From Desulfatiglandales bacterium (GTDB lineage: Bacteria > Desulfobacterota > DSM-4660 > Desulfatiglandales > HGW-15), in NCBI GenBank assembly GCA_963667015.2, contig CAXXJJ010000004.1:3456001-3520000 (forward strand): a DNA stretch of 64,000 bases, written 5' to 3'. Numbering within the stretch: position 1 is the stretch's first letter; the number at the start of each line of letters is the position of its first letter. Positions 50,698 through 59,559 of this stretch are shown here, piece after piece. The notes beneath the pieces are model-generated. The model worked only from the letters and a program-made list of their open reading frames with translations, did no database searches and was not told the origin of the DNA. The position numbers were made by a program, and so were the translations under genes.

Positions 50698-51714
50698 ATG
50701 GAAGAAAAACCTCTGGTAGAAATAAAAAATCTCAAAACCTTCTATCCAATTAAGGGCGGCCTGCTGAACAGAACCATCGTGCAGCTCAAAGCGGTTAACG
50801 ATGTCAGTTTCAATATTATGAGTCACCAGACATTCGGTCTGGTTGGGGAGTCCGGATGCGGAAAATCAACACTTGGCCGATCGCTGCTCAAACTTCAGCC
50901 GGTCACCTCTGGTTCTGTTTTTATTAATGGCAAGAGCATACTTGATCTGGAAAATGGAGATCTGAAAAAGGCACGCCGTGAAATGCAGATCATCTTTCAG
51001 GATCCCAACGGTTCTCTCAACCCGCGCATGACCGTTCGGGAGATTATCAGGGAACCGCTGGATACCCATTCAGTCGGTTCCCGCCAGTCGCGGAACAGTG
51101 AAGTCTTTAAATTACTTGAGATCGTAGGGCTGAGCAAAGGTGCTGCTGATCGCTACCCCCATGAATTTTCCGGAGGCCAGCGCCAGAGGGTTGGTATTGC
51201 CCGGGCGTTGGCCCTTAAACCAAAGTTCATTGTCGCAGACGAACCAGTATCTGCTTTGGATGTTTCGGTCCAGAGTCAGGTGCTCAATCTGATTTCCGAT
51301 TTACAGAAAGACTTTGGTATCTCCTTTTTGTTTATTTCCCATGACCTTGCGGTTGTTCAGCATATCAGTCATGTTGTTGGCGTTATGTATTTTGGCAAAC
51401 TGGTTGAAAAAGCTCCTGCTGAAGAACTCTACAAAAATCCCGTCCATCCCTATACCCGATCTTTGCTGAGCGCTGTCCCCAGGCCTGAACCATCAGCGCC
51501 TGCAAACCGGGAGATTCTCAAGGGAGACATCCCTTCTCACATCAAACCGCCCCAAGGCTGTCCTTTTCATCCGCGTTGTCCTATTGCCAAACCGGAATGC
51601 CGGAACACAATCCCGCAACTGGAAATATTTGACAGTACAAAACCCGACCACGAAGTCAGCTGTATTCGGGCAAAAGAATATCTGTCTGACCCGGACTTGA
51701 CCCGGAAGCAGTAA
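50698..51714 (+). CDS. Peptide ABC transporter ATPase (OppF/DppF-like)
   Basis: GESGCGKS, FSGGQRQR, ADEPVSALD, GCPFHPRC. Confidence 0.94.
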   Translation: MEEKPLVEIKNLKTFYPIKGGLLNRTIVQLKAVNDVSFNIMSHQTFGLVGESGCGKSTLGRSLLKLQPVTSGSVFINGKSILDLENGDLKKARREMQIIFQDPNGSLNPRMTVREIIREPLDTHSVGSRQSRNSEVFKLLEIVGLSKGAADRYPHEFSGGQRQRVGIARALALKPKFIVADEPVSALDVSVQSQVLNLISDLQKDFGISFLFISHDLAVVQHISHVVGVMYFGKLVEKAPAEELYKNPVHPYTRSLLSAVPRPEPSAPANREILKGDIPSHIKPPQGCPFHPRCPIAKPECRNTIPQLEIFDSTKPDHEVSCIRAKEYLSDPDLTRKQ

Positions 51715-51819
51715 GGAGGGCCGAAAAAAATATCGAGCTCAACCAGTATTTCCCAAAGGTGATGGCACCTGAAGGGCTGATGATAATGTCTGGTCTTCTG
51801 GTTAAAAAGGTGGACTAAA
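51694..51819 (+). pseudogene. Decayed duplicate of the prmA 3' end
   Basis: Reads DPEAVRRAEKNIELN-QYFPKVMAPEGLMIMSGLL-VKKVD* vs PrmA DPEAVRWAEKNIELN...PLFPKVMAPDGLMIMSGLL...VKKSD*. Confidence 0.9.
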
Positions 51820-51943
51820 TATTCTTTATACCCGTCTTTATCCAGTTTACAGATAGGTTGGAGATATCTGAAATTTTGTGAAGTCATTAATACTGTAGAT
51901 CAATAGCAGGTATATGTACTTTAAGGTAATGACTTATTTTGGT

Positions 51944-52012
51944 AGTCTTTACTTGAATAAAAATTATGACTATGGCAAGTAATCTAAACCTGAGATATCC
52001 TCAACATAGCAG
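51944..52012 (+). repeat. Direct repeat copy 1 flanking the DUF262 pair
   Basis: 51968-52000 matches 55875-55907 at 32/33 nt; AGTCTTTACTTGAATA...ATGGCAAGTAAT recurs at 55991-56030. Confidence 0.85.
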
Positions 52013-52079
52013 ATAGAAATTAATTTTTTAGAGTGCAACCTTTCATGTATCAAAAAATTATTTAAAAGGGCTAAATCAA

Positions 52080-53768
52080 ATGCAAAATATATTAGAACTG
52101 AAGATAATCAATGAGCTAAACGATTTTCATTTTTATATCCCATCATATCAGAGAGGATACAAATGGACACCTAAAGAGGTTGTTGATTTGCTCAACGACA
52201 TAAACGAGTTCCAGCCGAGACTAATTGGCGACACTGATGATAAAACTTGGTATTGTCTTCAACCAATTGTTGTTAAAAAAAGAGAAGAGAAACATTTTGA
52301 GGTTATTGATGGTCAGCAAAGGTTAACAACGATATATCTTATTTTGAATTACCTTAACCAGGATTTTATTGAAGACCGTAGGGATAAATTGTTTGTTTTG
52401 GATTATGAAACAAGAACAAATACAAAAAACTTCATAAATGAATTAGAAAGTCGAGAGACTACACATGATAATATAGATTTTTATCACATACATGAAGCTT
52501 ATAAAGCCATCAGACATTGGTTTGAAACTAAAGAATCAAACTTTAATAAATTGGAATTCGGGTCCAAGTTCAAGTTTAACTCCAAAATAATATGGTACGA
52601 GAGTGTGGAAGAAGACTCCATTTCAATTTTCACAAGAATCAACATGGGTAAAATACCTTTAACGAATGCAGAGCTGATAAAAGCTTTATTTCTAAATAGC
52701 GCAAATTTTGAGAAGAACCAACTTGACAAATTAAGACTAAAACAGCTGGAGATCTCTACCGAATGGGATTCCATAGAGCATGCCTTACAAAACGATCGTT
52801 TCTGGTATTTTTTAACGGAAAATAAATGTGCAACAAATAGAATTGAATTCATTTTCGACTTAATGAATGAGGAGGACGATGAAAGTGACAATTATTCAAC
52901 ATTTAGATATTTTAATAAAAAATTTCAAAAAAAATCCCAAGAAAATATTGAGAAGAATTGGAAAGAAATAAAAGACCATTATCAGAGGTTTTCCGAGTGG
53001 TTTGGAGAACGCGATCTTTATCATAAAATAGGGTATCTAATCTGTATTAAAGTTATATCGTTAAAAGAGCTTTATCAGATCTCAATACATTCTTCTAAAA
53101 GTGATTTTAAAAATTATCTGGATAAATTAATTCGAGATGACCTAAAGGCTGTATCACTAGAAGAATTACAATATGGTGACAAACATGTTAAAAAGGTTTT
53201 TCTTCTATATAATCTGTTGACAATGCTTAATAATTCTCAAGATAATTCGTATTTTCCATTTGATATATATAAAACAGAAAACTGGGATATCGAGCATATA
53301 ACCTCGGTTAAAGATGCAGTTCCAGAAAACAACAGAGAATCTTGGCTTGATGACGCTAAAAACTTTATTGACACATCTCAAATTGGTGCCAATAAATTGT
53401 TAGAGAGAGCTGAAAATTGTAATTGTAATGATGATTTGGAATTTAAACAACTTTTTGAAGATATCGTGACCCATTTTAATTCTGATATAAATGACGAAGA
53501 CATTAATGACATATCAAACCTGTCCTTATTGGATTCGGAAACAAATCGTGGGTATAAAAACGCGGTATTTCCTTTCAAAAGAAAAACAATAATTAATAGA
53601 GATAAAGCTGGGACTTTCATTCCCATTTGTACAAAAAATGTTTTTCTTAAATACTTTAGTGAGTACCCTCCAAAAATATCGTTTTGGACTCAAGATGATA
53701 GAGAAAGATATGAAGACGATATATATAAAGTTCTTAACAACTATTTAGGTGAGAGTCAAAATGGATGA
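52080..53768 (+). CDS. DUF262 + DUF1524 (HNH-type) protein, GmrSD/SspE-like
   Basis: IPSYQRGYKW, VIDGQQRLTT, FTRIN; C-terminal DIEHI...NLSLL...N...KN; visibly AT-rich. Confidence 0.9.
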   Translation: MQNILELKIINELNDFHFYIPSYQRGYKWTPKEVVDLLNDINEFQPRLIGDTDDKTWYCLQPIVVKKREEKHFEVIDGQQRLTTIYLILNYLNQDFIEDRRDKLFVLDYETRTNTKNFINELESRETTHDNIDFYHIHEAYKAIRHWFETKESNFNKLEFGSKFKFNSKIIWYESVEEDSISIFTRINMGKIPLTNAELIKALFLNSANFEKNQLDKLRLKQLEISTEWDSIEHALQNDRFWYFLTENKCATNRIEFIFDLMNEEDDESDNYSTFRYFNKKFQKKSQENIEKNWKEIKDHYQRFSEWFGERDLYHKIGYLICIKVISLKELYQISIHSSKSDFKNYLDKLIRDDLKAVSLEELQYGDKHVKKVFLLYNLLTMLNNSQDNSYFPFDIYKTENWDIEHITSVKDAVPENNRESWLDDAKNFIDTSQIGANKLLERAENCNCNDDLEFKQLFEDIVTHFNSDINDEDINDISNLSLLDSETNRGYKNAVFPFKRKTIINRDKAGTFIPICTKNVFLKYFSEYPPKISFWTQDDRERYEDDIYKVLNNYLGESQNG

Positions 53769-55758
53769 AACTAAATATGAAGGCAAAATATTAACTTTTT
53801 TTGAGTTAATTGATGATTCTAGTATCGAAGTTCCAATAATTCAAAGAGATTATGCACAAGGAAGAATCGACAAAACAGAGATCAGAGAAAATTTTCTGAA
53901 AGCCTTGTTTGAAAGTTTGAAAAACGAGAAGCCAATTCAACTTGATTTTATTTATGGGAGTAAATTAAATGACTCATTCCAACCATTAGATGGCCAGCAA
54001 AGATTAACAACATTATTTCTACTACATTGGTACGCTGCATCTCGAACAGAAAACTATGAACAAAACAAAATTAAATTAAAAAAATTCACCTATGAAACCA
54101 GAATTACATCGAGAGAATTTTGTCAAGAACTAATAAATAATGAGATAGGAATAAATAATACAGACGATAAATTAAGTTCAAGAATAATAGATTCAAATTG
54201 GTTCTTTCTTTCATGGAAAAAGGACCCAACAATTGACTCGATGTTAAGAACTATTGATGATATTCACAAATTTTTCAATGAGATTGATAATTTGTGGGAG
54301 TTGCTTACTTCGGAAAAACAGCTGATATCATTTTACTATGTGTTACTAGAGAACATTGGTCTCACTGATGATTTGTATATAAAAATGAATGCTAGAGGAA
54401 GATTATTAACACCATTTGAAAATTTTAAAGCTGGTCTTCAAAAGGAAATCCAAGATAATAATTGGGAAGAAGGGATAGGTCATTTAGAAAAATTTTCTTT
54501 TAAAATTGATAATATTTGGACAGACTATTTCTGGTCAAATTTCAAGAAGCAGAATAGTATTGATATAGCACAGATGAGGTTTATATCTGCTATTGCCATG
54601 ATAAGAGCTACCATTGAAAGAACCAGTGATAGATTTTCTGTTATACAAAATCTACATGACCATCCAGAGAATGTTAAACCAAGTCATTTTTCCAAAGAAG
54701 CATTTGAATATTTGGTTTCTTGTTACGAAACTTATTGTAAACCTGAGATAAATGCTAACGACCTTAAATTAGAATTTCCAATGTGGAGGCATGAGCCAAA
54801 CAACTCAATACTCTCTGAAATCGTTTATGAAACAGGGCAATATTCGCAAGCTAGTGTGAATAGCGCCTCGTATACATTGATAGTTTTATTTTTTGCACAA
54901 ACCGAATACCTATCCAGAGTCAGCGATTTTAATCGATCATATTTTAGAGAATGGATGCGGGTGGTGAGAAATATTGTTTCAAGAGGAGATATTGATAAAG
55001 ATGGTAAAAGACCAGATATTATTCGCAGTCCTCAAACATTTGATGGCGTAATAAACCTCATAAGCGAATTAGCTACCGGATGCGCAAATATCTATAAATA
55101 TTTAGATTCACTAAGTAACACTAAGTCCACATTTGCAAGATATCAAATTATGGAGGAATTAAAAAAATCAAAGCTGATTGTTAATAAGCCAAGTTTAAAA
55201 GAGTTGATATGGAAAACAGAAGATAACGAGCTTTTACGAGGTAGAATTGATTTTGTTTTTTATTGCATCGATTATAAGAATGATCTTGAAAGTCTCAATG
55301 AAGACGCTTTGTCTAAAGTTCAACAGGTTTTTGAAAATTATTTTAACTCTGAAACAAAAGTCTCTAATCTTTTAAGACGGGCTATGCTGACAATTGAAGT
55401 CAATGGTGAATATGAATTTTATAATTACTGGTGGTCATTTTGGACAGTCGGGAATGCCACTAAAAGGCGTCTGTTCGATGGCTTTAGAGAAATTGAATAT
55501 TTTATAGAAAGTGATCAGAAAGAATATTTTAAAAAGCTTGTTCTGCAATTATTAGATAAAGACTATGATTCAATTATCAATGATTTTGTACCCCCTCAGG
55601 AAATGCCTAATTGGAAAAAGAGATTAATAAAGGAACCTGAATTATTAGATACTCAAGGCAAGTCAAAATACATTGCTATACCTGAAGACAATAGCTGCTG
55701 CTACCTCTTAAAAAGTAAACGCCCAAGGGATATGGAAGGATGTGTAAAAATTGATTGA
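53761..55758 (+). CDS. Second DUF262 domain protein, with no recognisable HNH C-terminus
   Basis: VPIIQRDYAQG, PLDGQQRLTTL, YIKMNARG; ATG overlaps the upstream stop. Confidence 0.88.
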   Translation: MDETKYEGKILTFFELIDDSSIEVPIIQRDYAQGRIDKTEIRENFLKALFESLKNEKPIQLDFIYGSKLNDSFQPLDGQQRLTTLFLLHWYAASRTENYEQNKIKLKKFTYETRITSREFCQELINNEIGINNTDDKLSSRIIDSNWFFLSWKKDPTIDSMLRTIDDIHKFFNEIDNLWELLTSEKQLISFYYVLLENIGLTDDLYIKMNARGRLLTPFENFKAGLQKEIQDNNWEEGIGHLEKFSFKIDNIWTDYFWSNFKKQNSIDIAQMRFISAIAMIRATIERTSDRFSVIQNLHDHPENVKPSHFSKEAFEYLVSCYETYCKPEINANDLKLEFPMWRHEPNNSILSEIVYETGQYSQASVNSASYTLIVLFFAQTEYLSRVSDFNRSYFREWMRVVRNIVSRGDIDKDGKRPDIIRSPQTFDGVINLISELATGCANIYKYLDSLSNTKSTFARYQIMEELKKSKLIVNKPSLKELIWKTEDNELLRGRIDFVFYCIDYKNDLESLNEDALSKVQQVFENYFNSETKVSNLLRRAMLTIEVNGEYEFYNYWWSFWTVGNATKRRLFDGFREIEYFIESDQKEYFKKLVLQLLDKDYDSIINDFVPPQEMPNWKKRLIKEPELLDTQGKSKYIAIPEDNSCCYLLKSKRPRDMEGCVKID

Positions 55759-55874
55759 GCAATAACATAATAGGTCAAGATGTATAGTGAAACTGCTTGC
55801 GCCTGTGAAAATGTTATTACAGAGTATAGACTACTGCTATTAATATAACAGTAACGATTGATCGGGAATATGAA

Positions 55875-56030
55875 GACTATGGCAAGTAGTCTAAACCTGA
55901 GATATCCAGACCATATCACAGTGATATGGATACCTGACATACATAGCAGTGATCTGCACTTCAGGCTAATGATTAATTAAAAGAATAGGCAGTCTTTACT
56001 TGAATATCGACCGTATATATGGCAAGTAAT
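55875..56030 (+). repeat. Direct repeat copy 2 flanking the DUF262 pair
   Basis: Same sequence blocks as 51862-52012. Confidence 0.85.
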
Positions 56031-56116
56031 ATTTTCTTATCTTATTATTAAATAACGATCTTTCTGTCTGTATAACTCCACAAAAGTAAAGTTATCCAGA
56101 ACTAGTGAATCACTTG

Positions 56117-56973
56117 TTAGAGGTAAGAGCTCAATATGATCGACTTATCAAAAATAGATTTTAATAGTCGAGCGAAACAAAGGCTTCTCCAAATATATGC
56201 AGTACTGTATTTTATGGAACAAGGATACTCACATACTAAAGCTATCCAAAGTGCATTAACAAAGTTCAAACAGGTAAAAGATTCACAGACGATTCATGAT
56301 AAATGTGCAAGACAGTTTGCGGGTAATATCGGAACGTTTGTGGAGTGGCATAGACTTGGAATAATAACTTCAAAGCTTAAGGAAAAATTACATATTAATG
56401 AGCACGACATTAACATCTTTAAAAAATTATTAAAAAACGAGAATCATTTATTAGAAACAAAATCTGTTGAGGATGCAGAAGGTATATTCGGAAAACCGGA
56501 AGATAATAAAACAGTCGAAGAATTTGCAATTAATTACACAGTAAATCTTTTTCAAAATGAAGGTTGGTATGTCGAGTCTGTAGAATCATTAAAATGTGGA
56601 TTCGATCTGCTGTGTACACGTGATGAAGAAATATTAAATGTTGAAGTTAAGGGGACGTCAGGGACTGAATTAAAATTTATTATGACGAAAAATGAAGTAA
56701 AAGAAGCTGAGATAAATCCTAATTTCCTATTGATTGTTGTAACTAATGCAAACACAAATTTAGCTTCTCACTTTAAATTTCAACCGAAGGAGTTATTCCA
56801 GAAATTTACAATTACACCTTTGGAGTTTTTAGTTAACCAGAAAAACCTCTAACTATTATCAGCATCTACAAGGACATGCTACTATATCGCCGAATCGTTC
56901 TTTTAAGGTACGCGGTGATTCTTATAAATAATAATCTTTAAAGGTATGCACCACATGCCTGTAATGCAGCGCG
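56117..56973 (+). mobile_element. Integron-type gene cassette 1
   Basis: Starts G|TTAGAGGT (56116) and has the complementary ACCTCTAAC (56845-53) at the gene stop, followed by an attC-like hairpin. Confidence 0.75.
56136..56852 (+). CDS. Protein with C-terminal DUF3883 / NO VEIN-like PD-(D/E)xK nuclease domain
   Basis: VEEFA.......GW.V.......GFDL........VEVKGT.....MT.NE. Confidence 0.8.
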   Translation: MIDLSKIDFNSRAKQRLLQIYAVLYFMEQGYSHTKAIQSALTKFKQVKDSQTIHDKCARQFAGNIGTFVEWHRLGIITSKLKEKLHINEHDINIFKKLLKNENHLLETKSVEDAEGIFGKPEDNKTVEEFAINYTVNLFQNEGWYVESVESLKCGFDLLCTRDEEILNVEVKGTSGTELKFIMTKNEVKEAEINPNFLLIVVTNANTNLASHFKFQPKELFQKFTITPLEFLVNQKNL

Positions 56974-56979
56974 TTATAT
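56847..56979 (+). other. attC-like recombination site (133 bp)
   Basis: R'' CTCTAAC, R' GTTATAT; arms GCATCTACAAGGACATG / CATGCCTGTAATGC pair with unpaired extra bases. Confidence 0.7.
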
Positions 56980-58140
56980 CAAAATTCATTTCGGGGGTGT
57001 AAGTTGGATAAAGAACCAAACATACTTCAGGATATTAAAGGACTAATCTTTCCATCTCAAAATGACAATCTATTAATTCGTGATGAGCATAAAACATTAA
57101 TTGAGGCTTTTTTATCTCACCCTGTTCTAGAAACTGCTAGAGATCTTTATAATTTCATTAAAAAGGTACATAAGAAAGATGGAATATTCACCCATATGGA
57201 TGATTTGCGTTTGTATGAAAAAACACTGATTGCAATTTTACCGGAACAACGTGATCACTATATACATTCTGCAAGTGTGTATGTCCTTGGTCTCGCAATA
57301 TACAATTCAATTTCAAAAATTCGTGATTCAGTACGTACTAATCGTCATCAACATGATATCCATTCACAAAAAACATCCTTTTTGTTTCGCTGGTCATTGG
57401 CCGCATGTTTACATGATATTGCTTATCCATTAGAGATTACTTTAAAATCATTCAATAAATATTCGACTAAACTCCACGAAATCGAAAGAGATGACTTTTC
57501 TTTTGTTGAAATTAACAGTGACCTCTATGATAGGTTTAATCTTCTCCCAATTTTAACACCAAACGAAAACGTTGATTTAATAAAAAAGGATACTGCTCTT
57601 GGGCTTATATCCTATCGTTTAGTTGAGGATCGTAAAAATTCAAAAGTATCTTATGATACTCTTTTAAAAATAATTGAAAAATATTATGAATCTAATTTAA
57701 GAAGAGGAAGAATTGATCATGGTGCATTTTCAGCAGTTTTAATATTAAATCGTATCCATAGTCTATATGAAAAAAACAATTGGCCAGCAAGAGACTTCTA
57801 CTATGAAATAGTTGACGCAGCCACCGCAATCTTTTTACATAATGCTTATAAATATTCTATTCTTAAGGAAATATTTGGCTCAGGTATTTATAAATACGAT
57901 TCCCCTTCACCATTAGGTTATCTACTTTATCTTTGTGATTCATTGTGTGAATGGTTGCGAAAAAAAAATAGAGATGCACATCATTTTAGATTTAAAATAC
58001 ATGAAGATAAAATACAGTACACGGCTCCTAAAAAAGCTAAAAAGAACATTGAAAAAGCAATAAAATTGTTTGATGAAAGAATACCTGTTGATATTACTTA
58101 TGGATAACATCACAAAAGATATAACAATCCAATAAACGCA
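56974..58140 (+). mobile_element. Integron-type gene cassette 2 with apparently truncated attC
   Basis: Starts G|TTATATC (56973) and has the complementary GATATAAC (58118-25) just after the stop; no matching L'/R' arm found. Confidence 0.65.
57004..58107 (+). CDS. HD-domain phosphohydrolase-like protein
   Basis: RDHYIHS..V, ACLHDIAYP, DHG..SA, AI.LH, LCD.L.EW; TTG start with GGGGG SD. Confidence 0.78.
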   Translation: MDKEPNILQDIKGLIFPSQNDNLLIRDEHKTLIEAFLSHPVLETARDLYNFIKKVHKKDGIFTHMDDLRLYEKTLIAILPEQRDHYIHSASVYVLGLAIYNSISKIRDSVRTNRHQHDIHSQKTSFLFRWSLAACLHDIAYPLEITLKSFNKYSTKLHEIERDDFSFVEINSDLYDRFNLLPILTPNENVDLIKKDTALGLISYRLVEDRKNSKVSYDTLLKIIEKYYESNLRRGRIDHGAFSAVLILNRIHSLYEKNNWPARDFYYEIVDAATAIFLHNAYKYSILKEIFGSGIYKYDSPSPLGYLLYLCDSLCEWLRKKNRDAHHFRFKIHEDKIQYTAPKKAKKNIEKAIKLFDERIPVDITYG

Positions 58141-58539
58141 ATGCCGACAAGGGACCTTGCCAGGCTAGTTGTCGGCATGTTAAAAAGTGCTATCTTGCCA
58201 GTATCTGAAAATTTCACACTCCTGAAATTCTTGGATTTCTTCTGCATATATGTACTTCATAATGTTGTGACTACTGCTATAAGTCATAATATTTTCCAGT
58301 ATCGGAAAATTAAAAGGCTTCGATAATTAATCGTAAGTACAGATACCTTGCCTTATGTTGCGAGTTCACTTAACCCATTGAAAAAAGGAAGTTATCAGAA
58401 CAAGTCTTCGGATATTTCAAATAACCATAAAAAGCAATGAGTTATCCTGCTTTTTGATGATGACAGAGATAGAACTGATAACATAATAATATTCCGCCTA
58501 TTATACTTATTCCTTTAACCGGCAGGATGTTCTCCCGGT

Positions 58540-59559
58540 CTATAAACTATCAAGCCATGCCATCATATCTTTGTCACTCTCCCATTGAAGTAGGTCTTGT
58601 ATTTTTGAATCGGATATGATTACCGATTTCATATATCTGATAAAGAGCTTTTGTATATCGCGTTTGTGCTTGAGATCAAGATGGAGATAAATAGTTGTTG
58701 ACTGGATATTGTCATGTCCTAAACGGTTTTTAATATCCGTGATAGATTCACCGCGGTAAAGGAGGTCCACTGCTCTTGAATGCCGGAAACTGTGTGCAGG
58801 GTTGATGTACTTTAGTCGTTTTGCCGGGATGGCTATAGAAAGGTATTTTTTACAGAGACGATAAATACCATGCCTTGTAAGCTCTTCTCTTCTTTGATTG
58901 ATAAAGATACGGTGTTTGTATTGCGCTTTCGGCTCTACACGATATTTTTTGATATAAAGCTGCAAGAGCTGAGAAGTTCTTTTTTCAAGTGGTATGATGC
59001 GGAAGCGATTCCCCTTTCCCAGGATGGCAAGTGTATTATGGTCAGGATCGAAGTAATCGATATTAAGGGCTGTGATCTCACTGGCCCTGGCCCCTGAGTC
59101 ATAGAGAAGATGAAGCAGGGTATAATCGCGGAAGCCGTCCCTTTTTTTGATGTCTACACATTGAAAGACCTTTAGAATCTCATCCTGATAGAGAAATCCT
59201 ACCAGCGTTTTCTGAGTGCGCTTCTGGGGAATATTAAGTATCCTGTCTGCCAGTTCCCTGTATTCGGGACACATAAACCGGATCATTTTAGCAAAGGACT
59301 TAATGGCAGCCAGTCTTTGATTCCGGGTCTTTGCAAGATTATTACGCTCAATCTGCAGTTCGTTCAGGAATGCAATAATCACCTCTGATGAGATATGCTC
59401 CACCTTGAGAGAGCTTATTTTGTTGTCATAATATTTTGCAATAAAAGGCAGAAAAAGCCTGAAGGTATCACGGTAGGATTTGACAGTATTATGACTTACT
59501 CCCTTGATGTGGGGAAGGTATTGTTCAAAGAACTTATGGACAGCAGTAGATATCTTCAT
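58540..59559 (-). CDS. Tyrosine recombinase (RitC-like)
   Basis: N-terminal SAM-like domain (S.NT.KSYRD); GARASE, GKG, HSFRH, LGH, TTIY. Confidence 0.92.
   Translation of the reverse strand: MKISTAVHKFFEQYLPHIKGVSHNTVKSYRDTFRLFLPFIAKYYDNKISSLKVEHISSEVIIAFLNELQIERNNLAKTRNQRLAAIKSFAKMIRFMCPEYRELADRILNIPQKRTQKTLVGFLYQDEILKVFQCVDIKKRDGFRDYTLLHLLYDSGARASEITALNIDYFDPDHNTLAILGKGNRFRIIPLEKRTSQLLQLYIKKYRVEPKAQYKHRIFINQRREELTRHGIYRLCKKYLSIAIPAKRLKYINPAHSFRHSRAVDLLYRGESITDIKNRLGHDNIQSTTIYLHLDLKHKRDIQKLFIRYMKSVIISDSKIQDLLQWESDKDMMAWLDSL

Noticed and set aside
55760..55820. AATAACAT...ATGTTATT after the second DUF262 gene as an attC
   Set aside because: Spacer lengths and inner arms fit poorly, and no complementary GTT core was found upstream of the DUF262 pair
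51944..56030. Repeats read as a CRISPR array
   Set aside because: Only 2-3 degenerate copies, kilobases apart, with no regular spacers and no cas genes
58141..58326. 61-aa ORF, and likewise 55701..55940, 51567..51887 and 63012..63215
   Set aside because: They overlap repeats, hairpins or real genes, lack an SD and have no recognisable motifs
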